A stretch of DNA of 32,000 nt from Candidatus Methylomirabilis oxygeniifera (GCA_000091165.1 FP565575.1:510001-542000); one strand, 5' to 3'. Numbered from the stretch's first letter, positions 18,780 to 29,515 are shown. Translations and numbers: made by a program. Notes: a model not told the origin generated them from the sequence alone.

Positions 18780-19784
18780 CTAGACGCTCCAAAGGAGGCC
18801 GCAGCCCCGACAGGGGTCCGGAGGCGCGTCGGTGTCGAAGGCCTCTCGGAATGCCTGATAGCGCGGGCCGTTCCAGATCTTGCCGAACTCTTCCGTAAAC
18901 GCGTTACCCAGTATCAGGCTCCTGTAGTCCTGAGCGGTCCACGGCGAGATGCAGCACGGCAGCACGTTTCCGTTGGCGGTGATGTAGCTTAAAGTCCAGG
19001 GGCGCCGGCACCCAGCCCATGGCCGCTTCACCGGGTCTTGGCCTCTCAGGCTGGCCAGGGGAGTGGTGGCCCCGGAGGCCGTAAAAGCGATCTCAAGCAT
19101 GGCAGCGAGACGTTCGGCCTCCCCGATGAGCTCCTCCTGCAGTTGGTGAAGCGCTCCGTGAAGCGACTGCGCCCCTACGGCCAACCCCTGACCGTAACAC
19201 ACCAGGCGCTGGACATACACCTCTGAGACCCCGATCTCTTTGGCCAAGCGGATGAAGGCTGGAAGCTCCTCGATGTTGGCTTTCATCGCCGTAAACCAGA
19301 GCGAGACTCGAGGGGTCTTCTGCCCCAGCCGACGTTGAAGGTCGATTAGCCCTCGAATGTTCTTGACCACCCGATCGAACTGGTCCACCCCTCGAATGCG
19401 CTGATAGGTGCCCCTTGAAGCCGCGTCCATCGAGACCCGATACTCATCCAGGCCGCTCCCGATCAATTGGAGAGCACGCTGCGGCGTCAGACTGATGGCG
19501 TTGGAGTTGAAGAGGACAACGGCCCCCTTCGCCTTCAGGTACGCGACCATCGCGAAGAGTTCGCGGTTGAGAAGTGGTTCGCCGATCCCGTGCAGGGCGA
19601 CCCACTCCAGAACCGGGAACTGTTCCACGACCTGCTTCAGTTCAGCCAGGGCGAGGTCCTTGGGTGGTTCCAGGCTCATGAAGGTCCTGATGCAGGTTTG
19701 ACATCCGGAGTCACAGCGGTTGGTGGCCTCCAGGTACAGCGAGCAGGGGAGTGTTGGGACGATAGCCGATCGCGCCGCGTCCAT
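18780..19784 (-). CDS. Radical SAM enzyme with C-terminal SPASM domain
   Basis: 334 aa. CDSGCQTC is a CX3CX2C cluster motif. Cys-rich C-terminus: …WAGCRRPWTLSYITANGNVLPCCISPW…DPCRGCGLLW. Confidence 0.85.
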   Translation of the reverse strand: MDAARSAIVPTLPCSLYLEATNRCDSGCQTCIRTFMSLEPPKDLALAELKQVVEQFPVLEWVALHGIGEPLLNRELFAMVAYLKAKGAVVLFNSNAISLTPQRALQLIGSGLDEYRVSMDAASRGTYQRIRGVDQFDRVVKNIRGLIDLQRRLGQKTPRVSLWFTAMKANIEELPAFIRLAKEIGVSEVYVQRLVCYGQGLAVGAQSLHGALHQLQEELIGEAERLAAMLEIAFTASGATTPLASLRGQDPVKRPWAGCRRPWTLSYITANGNVLPCCISPWTAQDYRSLILGNAFTEEFGKIWNGPRYQAFREAFDTDAPPDPCRGCGLLWSV

Positions 19785-19802
19785 CTTATGCCTCCAGGCG
19801 CC

Positions 19803-20792
19803 TTACCGCGCCGAGACGATGGTGGTACACGCCGATCCTGCCTTGGGCAAATCCTCTGCGCCTGCGCGCTCCCAGTCGATGGCGATCTTGTCTCCCCTGG
19901 CGAAGGGGCAGTACGGATCCGGATCGTGAAGCGACACCAGGGCTCGCCTTCCCGCACAGCCGCCTCCGCAGGGGCAGCCTCGACACGCTGCGGGGACTGT
20001 CCTGGCCTGTTGAAACTCCTCCGCGTCGATGATCTGTTCCCGCTGCCGGTACAGGTCGTCGAGGGTCAAGCGGCTGCTTGGCCAATAAGTACAGGGCAGG
20101 ACCCGCCCGTCTGGCGCTACGCGAATGGTCGAGCGGCCGCAGGCAGGCCCGACAAAGCCGTCGAGACCGAGGACCCCCGCCAGAACCGGTTCCGTGGTGG
20201 CCGCCAGACGAGCTGATCCCAGCAGTCGTTTGAAGCCATCCCAGAACTCGTGGTAGCTCAGCGTAAAGTAATTGCTCTTCGAGGGCTGGTAGACGTTGAC
20301 CCTGAGATATGCTCCAAGGGAGGCGGCGAGCTTGGCGAGAGCCGGGAGCTTCTTGCTGTTGACGTTCATCATCACCGAGGTAACCGTGACGTTCAGACCA
20401 AGACCGCTGCAGCGCTCGAGGGTCTTTATCACTGCCCGCCAGTTGCCCTCTCCTCGAAGGGTATCGTGCTCTTGCCTGGTGGGAAAGTCGAGCGAGATCT
20501 CCACACTGTGGAAGCGCTTCAACTCCTCATCGCACAGGACCTGAAGGCTCAGACCGTTCGAGGTGATACTGGTCGTGATGCTTCTCCGCTCAAGATCGGC
20601 CAGGATGACGTGGAAATCGGGATGCAGGCCGTTCTCCCCCACCCCCAGATTGATGGACCGTACAGGGATACTCTCGCAGATACGCGTCATATCCTCACGG
20701 GTCAACCGGCTTATCACCGTGTCCGGGCGGTAGCAATGGGGGCATGTGAGGTTACATTCGTTCGTCAATCCGATGCCGACGGCAAAGGCCAT
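19803..20792 (-). CDS. Radical SAM enzyme with SPASM/twitch-like C-terminus
   Basis: Start trimmed to the ATG at 20792, with AAGGAG 7 nt upstream. The GT2 stop TAA overlaps that Shine-Dalgarno. CNLTCPHC is a CX3CX2C motif. C-terminus: …ACGRSTIRVAPDGRVLPCTYW…CRGCPCGGGCAGR…DPYCPF. Confidence 0.85.
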   Translation of the reverse strand: MAFAVGIGLTNECNLTCPHCYRPDTVISRLTREDMTRICESIPVRSINLGVGENGLHPDFHVILADLERRSITTSITSNGLSLQVLCDEELKRFHSVEISLDFPTRQEHDTLRGEGNWRAVIKTLERCSGLGLNVTVTSVMMNVNSKKLPALAKLAASLGAYLRVNVYQPSKSNYFTLSYHEFWDGFKRLLGSARLAATTEPVLAGVLGLDGFVGPACGRSTIRVAPDGRVLPCTYWPSSRLTLDDLYRQREQIIDAEEFQQARTVPAACRGCPCGGGCAGRRALVSLHDPDPYCPFARGDKIAIDWERAGAEDLPKAGSACTTIVSAR

Positions 20793-20803
20793 CACGGGTC
20801 TCC

Positions 20804-21478
20804 TTACGGCCTCCAGGCATAGCGAAGGGTGGTGAGGAGCAGATGATATCCGGCCAGCAGGCTTCCCTTGACCGTTCCCGCCACCTTCGATTGTCCGATC
20901 CGTTTTCGGCAACTTGTCGGTACCTCCACGATTCGGTAATCCTTTTTCACAGCCTTGACGATCATCTCGACGGGCCAGCCGTAGGTCCGATGTTCCATCT
21001 TCAAATCGCACAGGACCTCGGCTGTGATCGCCCGGAACGGACCCAGGTCGGTGAGCCTCAGACCGTAGAGAAGTCGGATGAGGGACAGGACCAGCCGATT
21101 CCCGACGCGCTGCTGGAGCGTCAAGGCTCCTGCCTCGCAATAGGTCCGCGCGCCGATCACCAGGTCGGCCTGGTCCTCGATGATTGGCTGGAGGACAGCC
21201 AGCATCTCTCGTGGATCGTCGCTTCCATCGCCATCACAAAACACGAAAATCTCAGACTCTGCGGCGGCCCGGATGCCTGTGCGACAGGCTGCGCCATAGC
21301 CTCGCACGGATTCCCTAACGACCCTGGCCCCGGCCGCTTGGGCGACCTCCGCCGTCCGATCATGGCTTCCGTTGTCCACCACGATGATTTCTTGAACGAG
21401 ATCTTTAGGGACTGCACTCACCACCCGGCCGATGACCGCCTCCTCATCAAGCGCCGGAATAATCACCGAGACCCGCAT
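20804..21478 (-). CDS. GT2-family glycosyltransferase (polyprenyl-phosphate sugar synthase, DPM1/GtrB-like)
   Basis: 224 aa. VSVIIPALDEE…VVDNGSHDRT…FCDGDGSDDP (DxD), typical of a GT-A fold. Confidence 0.88.
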   Translation of the reverse strand: MRVSVIIPALDEEAVIGRVVSAVPKDLVQEIIVVDNGSHDRTAEVAQAAGARVVRESVRGYGAACRTGIRAAAESEIFVFCDGDGSDDPREMLAVLQPIIEDQADLVIGARTYCEAGALTLQQRVGNRLVLSLIRLLYGLRLTDLGPFRAITAEVLCDLKMEHRTYGWPVEMIVKAVKKDYRIVEVPTSCRKRIGQSKVAGTVKGSLLAGYHLLLTTLRYAWRP

Positions 21479-21502
21479 TCAGCCCTCAGCATTCAGCCGT
21501 AG

Positions 21503-21528
21503 GTCGGGTTAGCGCAACGTAACCCGAC
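21503..21528. repeat. REP-like hairpin between the methyltransferase and GT2 genes
   Basis: GTCGGGTTA-GCGCAACG-TAACCCGAC, a perfect 9-bp stem. Confidence 0.5.
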
Positions 21529-21592
21529 AACTCGGCTAGGGCTGGCCGTTTCCTCAGAATGGCATTTTCGCACGCCATGGTGCGGCAGCGCC

Positions 21593-22438
21593 TCATGAGG
21601 TATTCCTTGCGAAGAGGTGGAGATAGCGGGCCACATCCTTCCAAGGGTGGTGCTTGCCCCCTTCCTCCTCCAGATTAAGGAGCGATTCGAACGCGGCGCG
21701 GTCGTTGATGACCTCTTTTGCGAGGTAGTCGATAAAGATGGCGATCCCCCCGTCTTCCACGACCTCGAACTCCGCCTTCTGCAGGATAGTATGGAGCTCC
21801 TCCCGCTCAAACGCTCCTCGCCTGACACCAAAGAGGGAGTCTGAGGAGGCAGTATGGGTGAGGGCTTCTAAGGCCTCGGGAAACTTCTGATCGCGGATGG
21901 CCAGTCGAAGCGGTTCCTGCCGGCGGTTGACGGTAATCAGCGAAAGGTACCCCTCAGGCCGAAGGATGTGGCGAAGGGCGGCAAGGGCGGGGCGGGGATC
22001 GGGGAGATATTCGACGAGGAAATGGCAAAGGATGAGATCGAATGCGCCTTCCTCGAAGAGACCGGTCGCCTCTTCGACAGCCCCTTGCAGGAACTGAGGC
22101 GGGAAGGCCGGCGGGGGTCGCAAGGCCTTGACGTGGCATTGCGCGAGACTAAGCATCTCCTCGGCAGGATCCAGCAGCACCACCTGGTAGCCGATCTGGG
22201 CCAAGCGGAGGGCCAACTCGCCCGTTCCACATCCTGCGTCAAGGATGCTCCTGGGGACTGAAGCCGTGTTCCAGAACCTCTCAAGAAAGGCTGACAGACG
22301 ACGCCAGGTGATCTCCTGGCGAAGGCGGCCGGAGGGGCCTGCCAGATAGTCCCGGTACGCAAAAGCCTGTTCCCCGAAGGCGGATGCAATCGGTTGATCC
22401 ATCGCAGCTCCAGATTGGCCAGAGTCCATACTTACCAC
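21593..22438 (-). CDS. Class I SAM-dependent methyltransferase
   Basis: Motif I ILDAGCGTGELALRLAQIGYQVVLLD. The start is ambiguous: GTG 22438, ATG 22429, or ATG 22402 (the last has GGAG upstream). Confidence 0.85.
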   Translation of the reverse strand: MVSMDSGQSGAAMDQPIASAFGEQAFAYRDYLAGPSGRLRQEITWRRLSAFLERFWNTASVPRSILDAGCGTGELALRLAQIGYQVVLLDPAEEMLSLAQCHVKALRPPPAFPPQFLQGAVEEATGLFEEGAFDLILCHFLVEYLPDPRPALAALRHILRPEGYLSLITVNRRQEPLRLAIRDQKFPEALEALTHTASSDSLFGVRRGAFEREELHTILQKAEFEVVEDGGIAIFIDYLAKEVINDRAAFESLLNLEEEGGKHHPWKDVARYLHLFARNTS

Positions 22439-22606
22439 GGTTGCGGTATTTCAGCAACGGTTTCCCATCCCGGTTGCGAAGACACCTTGCCGGGAGGGCA
22501 CGGTAGTAATGGGGCGTATCGTATTGGAAGCTACACTTGAGAAATCCTGGATTGCGCCCTCTCTCGAAGAGCCCTCTTACCTATCCGGACCCTCCAGCAA
22601 AGGATG

Positions 22607-22636
22607 GTGACATATTGTGCTCCATAGTGTTATAAT
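22607..22636 (+). promoter_or_regulatory. Promoter of the RHH-ParE module
   Basis: GTGACA (22607-22612), 18 nt, then an extended -10 TGtTATAAT (22628-22636). AGGAGG Shine-Dalgarno at 22643-22648, ATG at 22657. Confidence 0.5.
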
Positions 22637-22656
22637 AAACACAGGAGGTACACATT

Positions 22657-22920
22657 ATGCCCCAAACCACGACCATGACCGTAAGGCTTCCCGCCCAGGT
22701 GAAGGCTCGCCTCGAAAAACTCGCCAAGTCCACGGACCGCTCCAAAGCGTACCTTGCAAGCCAAGCCATTGAAGAGTACCTAGACGTCCAGGAGTGGCAA
22801 GTCAAGGCCATTAAGGACGCCATCCGCGAAGCGGACTCGCCGAGCCCAGTGTTCTATGAACATGAGGAGGTACAGACCAAGCTCAAGAAGCTGACCGCCA
22901 AGAGGCGCAGGACGGAGTGA
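22657..22920 (+). CDS. Ribbon-helix-helix (CopG/ParD-like) antitoxin
   Basis: 87 aa. MTVRLPAQVKARLEKLAKSTDRSKAYLASQAIEEYL is an RHH motif. It overlaps the downstream toxin by 4 nt. Confidence 0.8.
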   Translation: MPQTTTMTVRLPAQVKARLEKLAKSTDRSKAYLASQAIEEYLDVQEWQVKAIKDAIREADSPSPVFYEHEEVQTKLKKLTAKRRRTE

Positions 22921-23195
22921 AGGTCCGTTGGCTGTCCCGCGCCGCCGACGATCTGGAGTACCTCTATGAGTATATCGCTCAGGATAACCCAGAGGCCGCT
23001 GCCAGTGAGGCGGGGAAAGTGCTGGAAGCCGTGAAGCACCTCGCAGACTATCCCGCCTCTGGACGACCCGGAAGGGTCCCGGGCACTAGAGAGCTGGTCA
23101 TCTCACGGTACATCGTGGCCTACCGGGTCAAAGACGGAGTTGTCCAGATTCTCCGTGTCCTCCATGCGGCCCGCAAGTGGCCCGAGAGTCTCTAA
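22917..23195 (+). CDS. parE: ParE/RelE-superfamily toxin
   Basis: 92 aa. …AADDLEYLYEYIAQDNPEAA…YPASGRPGRVPGTRELVISRYIVAYRVKDGVVQILRVLHAARKWP is typical of ParE. Confidence 0.85.
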   Translation: MKVRWLSRAADDLEYLYEYIAQDNPEAAASEAGKVLEAVKHLADYPASGRPGRVPGTRELVISRYIVAYRVKDGVVQILRVLHAARKWPESL

Positions 23196-23310
23196 CCAGT
23201 CCCCCTGAAAACCCATCCCGGTCCTTGTGTTCTCTGCCCATCCATGGCTATCTGAAGTCCCCTTTGGAAAGCTGAAGGTGAAAGCTGGCTCTTTCAATCC
23301 ACAGGGAGTT

Positions 23311-23450
23311 GATTCCCCGCGACTTGCTGCGAGTTCGTCATACCGGCGGAAGCCGGTATCTAGAGGGCTCGACTGGATTCCGTGTCAAGCACGGAATGAC
23401 GGGCCAGAACAGAAGACGATACCCCGCGACTTGCTGCGGGGTAGTTCATT
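23311..23450. repeat. Composite REP/MITE-like element: ~30-bp direct repeats flanking two perfect hairpins
   Basis: DR1 GATTCCCCGCGACTTGCTGCGAGTTCGTCAT (23311-23341) and DR2 GATACCCCGCGACTTGCTGCGGGGTAGTTCATT (23418-23450). Hairpins are ATACCGGC-GGAA-GCCGGTAT (23340-23359) and ATTCCGTG-TCAAG-CACGGAAT (23377-23397). Confidence 0.55.
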
Positions 23451-23454
23451 GGTC

Positions 23455-23927
23455 TCAGTGTTCCATAGGAAAGGCATATCCTCCGGGACGCCCAGCAGTC
23501 GAGGATGTGAAAGGGGTCAGGCTCGTGGGCATGTACCTCCACGGTCGTAGCTCGATTCCTGAGCGTGTATGCCTGCTGTCGCCCGCGTAAATCAACAGGG
23601 GCTTCGATGCGAAGGCCCCGGCAAGGGCCAGCCATTTCTGCAGGCCGATCAGGTAGTCGCGGGTCACGGTCTGGCCCGATGTGATCTCGATAGGCAACAG
23701 CGCGCCTCACCGTGCTCGGCCAGGACGTCCACTTCATTGCCCGCCCGGTCGCGCCAGAAATAGAGATTGGGCATCAGTCCGCGATTGTATCTGCCAGCGT
23801 GATTCTGGGGATAGTTGACTCGATTCATGGGCTGGCTATCCCGGAAATGAGTATCGTGTCCCCTGATACCATCCAGGTCAGCCTTCTGATCGAGAATCGG
23901 CTGGAGGACGGCCGGGCGGGAAGGCAC
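23455..23927 (-). pseudogene. Remnant of a DUF4143-type AAA ATPase gene (N-terminal ATPase part missing, internal frameshift)
   Basis: ORF 23664..23927 has …LYFWRDRAGNEVDVLAEHGE. ORF 23455..23697, in another frame, continues …PIEITSGQTVTRDYLIGLQKWLALAG…LLIYAGD. Together these form the C-terminal DUF4143 pattern. No P-loop region fits before the DoxX stop at 23940. Confidence 0.6.
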
Positions 23928-23939
23928 GCAAGGAAGCCA

Positions 23940-24479
23940 TTAGACGATCCATGAGAGAAGCTGGGCGGTGCGACCTCGCTTGTTCGCGAGCCACCGCGAA
24001 AGCAAGCTGTCCAGCCCCAGGATGCGCCCGGATGGGAAGGAGAGGAAGAGCACGCTGTAGCCGATCAGCATGAAGTAGGTCCAGTGCCACTCGTGTGGCA
24101 CCCTCAGGACGCTGAGGGTCACGTTGATTGCCATCAAGAGCCCCACCAGTCCCCCCAAGCGGGCAAAGAGCCCGAAGGTGAGGCTGAGGCCGATAAATGC
24201 CTCCGTCAGTAGGGTCAGGTAGCCAAAGAGGATAAAGTTGGGCAGGACGACGTTCATCAGGAATGCGTGGTGGACGCTCCAGGTCGGGTACTGAATCGCC
24301 TGATTCAACCAATACCAGAGGCCATCCCCCGCCTTCATACCGAAATCCGGCGGTACCTTCCACTTGGCTTGCTGGAGCCACAGAATCCCATACATCATCC
24401 TGAGGAGACCAACAGTCCAGCGAAAGAGTGGGCTCTCCTGAACGCCTGCGCCAGGCGGCTGAACTATAGTAGTCATCAC
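23940..24479 (-). CDS. DoxX-family integral membrane protein
   Basis: 179 aa with four TM helices and a DoxX/DoxD-like pattern (…LLRMMYGILWLQQAKWK…EAFIGLSLTFGLFARLGGLVGLLMAINV…). Confidence 0.75.
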   Translation of the reverse strand: MMTTIVQPPGAGVQESPLFRWTVGLLRMMYGILWLQQAKWKVPPDFGMKAGDGLWYWLNQAIQYPTWSVHHAFLMNVVLPNFILFGYLTLLTEAFIGLSLTFGLFARLGGLVGLLMAINVTLSVLRVPHEWHWTYFMLIGYSVLFLSFPSGRILGLDSLLSRWLANKRGRTAQLLSWIV

Positions 24480-24519
24480 GTGGGTTTCCTCATCCTCTGC
24501 GTACGACCGCGAAGCGATG

Positions 24520-27152
<2,633 letters not shown>

Positions 27153-27156
<4 letters not shown>

Positions 27157-27554
27157 GATGCTTTCTCCTTGAACTCCAGCGCAGCGGAATTGATGCAGTA
27201 CCTGAGATGCGTCGGTGCCGGACCATCATGAAAGAGGTGACCGAGGTGGGCGTCGCACCTGCTGCAGAGTACCTCAGTTCGCCTCATGCCAAGGCTGTGA
27301 TCAGCTTCGGTTCTTACGGCTTCGTCCGCAATCGCGGCCCAGAAGCTCGGCCACCCAGTACCGGAGTCAAACTTGGTGTCTGAACTGAATAATTCACTCC
27401 CACAACAGACGCACTCGAACATTCCCTTGTCGTGCAGGTTGTGATACGCCCCTGAAAAGGCTCTCTCCGTCCCTTTCTTCCTGGTCACATAATACTGATC
27501 TTCAGTGAGCTGCTTGCGCCACTCCTGGTCAGTCTTGATGACTTTGTCGGCCAT
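27153..27554 (-). CDS. msrB: Peptide-methionine (R)-S-oxide reductase MsrB
   Basis: Start trimmed to the ATG at 27554 (GGAGGG upstream). Both CxxC zinc motifs are present ([18 protein letters not shown]), as are GTGWPSF and the catalytic RYCINS. The stop overlaps the GH63-like start by 4 nt. Confidence 0.92.
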
Positions 27555-28010
27555 AGTGAATCCCTCCCCAGATGAGTACTCTTCCCCCCCCCATAGGGCG
27601 ATCAGATCATAGCACGTCATAGCACTCGCTCAGGGTCGAATGCTCGGAACATTTAGCCTCCCACTTACCGCTCACTTTTTTTGACGCCGTTCCAAAGAAA
27701 AAGGATTCGTGAAATTCGGAATGAGAAAGGGGGCAGTAATTGGCTTAGATTGTTGGAGGGTGGAGGGTACGGCGGTGCGCTTCTGGAGAACCTTCCTCAG
27801 GGAGGGAATCGAATAGCGTGGATATCTTCAGACTCTTTCGGAAATCGTGTGGGTAATTGACCCCACCGGCGCGATGCTCAGACCCTCGAAAGGAGACTGT
27901 TCGGGTTTATCCGACCCGCAAGCGAGCAGCGGTCAGGTGGAACGGTTTGGGGATAACCCGCGCCGGGCGGAGCAAGACGCGGGTTCATCGCCTTGCTACG
28001 CTGCCCTCTG

Positions 28011-28655
28011 TTACGAGAAATGCTTGACGAGCAGCGCCTCCGTGAATCCGAGGATACTGGCAACCTCTGGGCGATCAACCTCGGTCCACTTCGCATGGAG
28101 TGCGCGATTGCGAAACGACAGATACGATTGAGCAATACCGACCTGGGCGCCCTGCAGCACATCCTTCTCTTTAAGAGCGGTAACTACGTCAGCCAGTTTT
28201 TCTTGATGTGGAAGCCCAGCCGAGGCAGCGAGACGCCTGAGAGAGTCTTCGAACGCCGCAGCAGCAAGCACCGCCGCAACGTTCTTGGTGGCCTCGCCAC
28301 CTTCATCGGAGACGGTTCTGGCAAGCTTGATCAAGTCGCTTAGGACCTCGCTTGTAACTGCATCGCGAAGGCTTCCCAACATCCCTACTTCAACATCGGC
28401 CTGAATCGCTTGAAGAACGCCTCGAAGCACATTTATCGAAGAATCTACACTGGCTGGGACCCCTGGATAATAAGATTTCGCAATTCGATCAAGTGCATTA
28501 CACATATCGCGTTCACGACTACTGTCACGCCCGTACAATACGTGTAGGAGACCTAGCGTTCCTTGATGTACCCTGTTCTGCACCTCAAGGTTTTTGGACC
28601 CCTGGGAGTCTTGGAGCAGATCCTTTAGGCGCACTTTGATCGCTTCTACGTCCAT
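28011..28655 (-). CDS. Hypothetical protein with a C-terminal HEPN-like Rx4H motif
   Basis: 214 aa, predicted all-helical. The C-terminus …LADVVTALKEKDVLQGAQVGIAQSYLSFRNRALHAKWTEVDRPEVASILGFTEALL contains R-N-R-A-L-H in a DUF4145/HEPN-like context. GC looks lower by eye. No partner gene in the same operon. Confidence 0.5.
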   Translation of the reverse strand: MDVEAIKVRLKDLLQDSQGSKNLEVQNRVHQGTLGLLHVLYGRDSSRERDMCNALDRIAKSYYPGVPASVDSSINVLRGVLQAIQADVEVGMLGSLRDAVTSEVLSDLIKLARTVSDEGGEATKNVAAVLAAAAFEDSLRRLAASAGLPHQEKLADVVTALKEKDVLQGAQVGIAQSYLSFRNRALHAKWTEVDRPEVASILGFTEALLVKHFS

Positions 28656-28788
28656 GAATTTACACCTGCCTCAGATGCCGCATGCCGTCAATCTAATGTC
28701 TCGCTCCGGGAGCACGCCGCTTGCTGCGCATCCCGCTTGACTGTAATGTTAGACTGCCTGGAGTTGCAATCAATGCAACTACACGCCA

Positions 28789-29124
28789 TTACTTTTCGCA
28801 CCTAAATCGGAGGGTTACATTGCCAGCCGCGAAGGTTCCGCCACCGGCGCCACCACCGTGAGCGTTCCACGATGCTCCAGCCGCGCTTTGGTATATATCT
28901 CGCTCTCTTGCATCGACTACAATTGCTCGACCGCCTTTGGCGCCGCAAAACTTCTGCGCCTCCTCATACGCGATGGCGTTTGCACCTGCGGTTCCACCAC
29001 GTACAGGCGCAGCCCTAGCAGAAATGATATACGTGCCTCCCTCAGCTTCCATAACACCACTGGTAGTGGCACACGCAGCTATTAATAATGACAGCGCAAC
29101 GACCCCCACGAGATATATTCTCAT
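28789..29124 (-). CDS. Small lipoprotein, unknown function
   Basis: 111 aa. Signal peptide plus lipobox LLIAAC. The start codon lies ~48 nt downstream of repeat copy 1. Confidence 0.6.
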   Translation of the reverse strand: MRIYLVGVVALSLLIAACATTSGVMEAEGGTYIISARAAPVRGGTAGANAIAYEEAQKFCGAKGGRAIVVDARERDIYQSAAGASWNAHGGGAGGGTFAAGNVTLRFRCEK

Positions 29125-29171
29125 GTTGTCCCTTTTAATGTATTGTCACAAATAGCTTGGCTGCGAACATG

Positions 29172-29327
29172 CTGGTCTGTATAACACCAGCCAAGCCCCC
29201 TCACGATTTACGGGATTTTCCTGCTGTTTCGCAGCCTTGTCAACGGAATTTCAACATGGCCCATAGGGACACAGGCCGCCCCGATGGTCGGCATAATCCT
29301 AATGGGGCCGACCACGCCGGCTTACGG
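29172..29327 (-). repeat. Cassette-punctuating repeat, copy 1 (~145-nt family)
   Basis: Aligns with copies at 30330-30476 and 31644-31787. Shared core (plus strand): CTGGTCYGTAYARCAC…ACGATWTRCGGGATTKTCCTGCYG…CAGMCTTGTCAAYGGAATTTCAAC…ATAGGGACAMAGGC…. Confidence 0.85.
29215..29243 (-). promoter_or_regulatory. Promoter inside repeat copy 1, facing the lipoprotein gene
   Basis: Minus strand: TTGACA (29243-29238), 17 nt, then GAAAAT (29220-29215). Confidence 0.45.
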
Positions 29328-29471
29328 AAGACGCTGACGCCATTTAGCAGGATTGCGAGACGTGTGAAATACGCCGTGGGCGGTCACCGCGCCCTTAACA
29401 TGCTCGTAGAACACCGCGTAGGGAAGGCGAGGCTCCAGCGAGTGGTCAGCCGGAGCCGACCGGCGACGACA
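29322..29471 (-). pseudogene. 5'-truncated ParE/RelE-type toxin remnant (last ~48 codons)
   Basis: The open frame reads …LEPRLPYAVFYEHVKGAVTAHGVFHTSRNPAKWRQRLP*, a ParE C-terminal pattern (FPY.v.Y…v.i..v.H..R.P). An in-frame TAA lies upstream at 29474-29472, and there is no start codon or N-terminal half. Confidence 0.45.
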
Positions 29472-29515
29472 TTAGGCGGCATTGAGCGCTGAGTCGGCCG
29501 GAACTCTGTGAGTGT

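Noticed and set aside
19803-21140. 445-aa version of the second radical SAM ORF
   Set aside because: The first 116 codons overlap the GT2 gene in another frame and are low-complexity. The ATG at 20792 has a strong Shine-Dalgarno and immediately precedes the CX3CX2C motif.
17672-21502. Plus-strand ORFs 17672..18382, 19467..20216, 20250..20822 and 20843..21502
   Set aside because: All are antisense to the tightly packed, motif-bearing minus-strand operon. They are shadow ORFs.
27955-27999. Hairpin GAACCCGCG-15 nt-CGCGGGTTA downstream of the HEPN gene, considered as an attC site
   Set aside because: It is only about 35-45 nt long with a perfect bulge-free stem. Beyond AAC/GTT the flanks do not pair or fit RYYYAAC/GTTRRRY. 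It is more likely a terminator or REP element.
28690-28765. Second attC-like site after the lipoprotein gene (minus strand GTCTAAC … ATTAGAT)
   Set aside because: The R'' 7-mer is perfect, but the putative R' lacks the invariant GTT (it reads ATT). The sequence between the two sites forms almost no stem. The nearby GTTGCA-ATCAA-TGCAAC hairpin is more simply a terminator.
29157-29492. 111-aa plus-strand ORF, with the analogous ORFs 30368..30670 and 31307..31864
   Set aside because: They run across the three repeat copies. Indels between the copies break the reading frame, and the parts outside the repeat are unrelated to each other. The conservation is at the nucleotide level, not the protein level.
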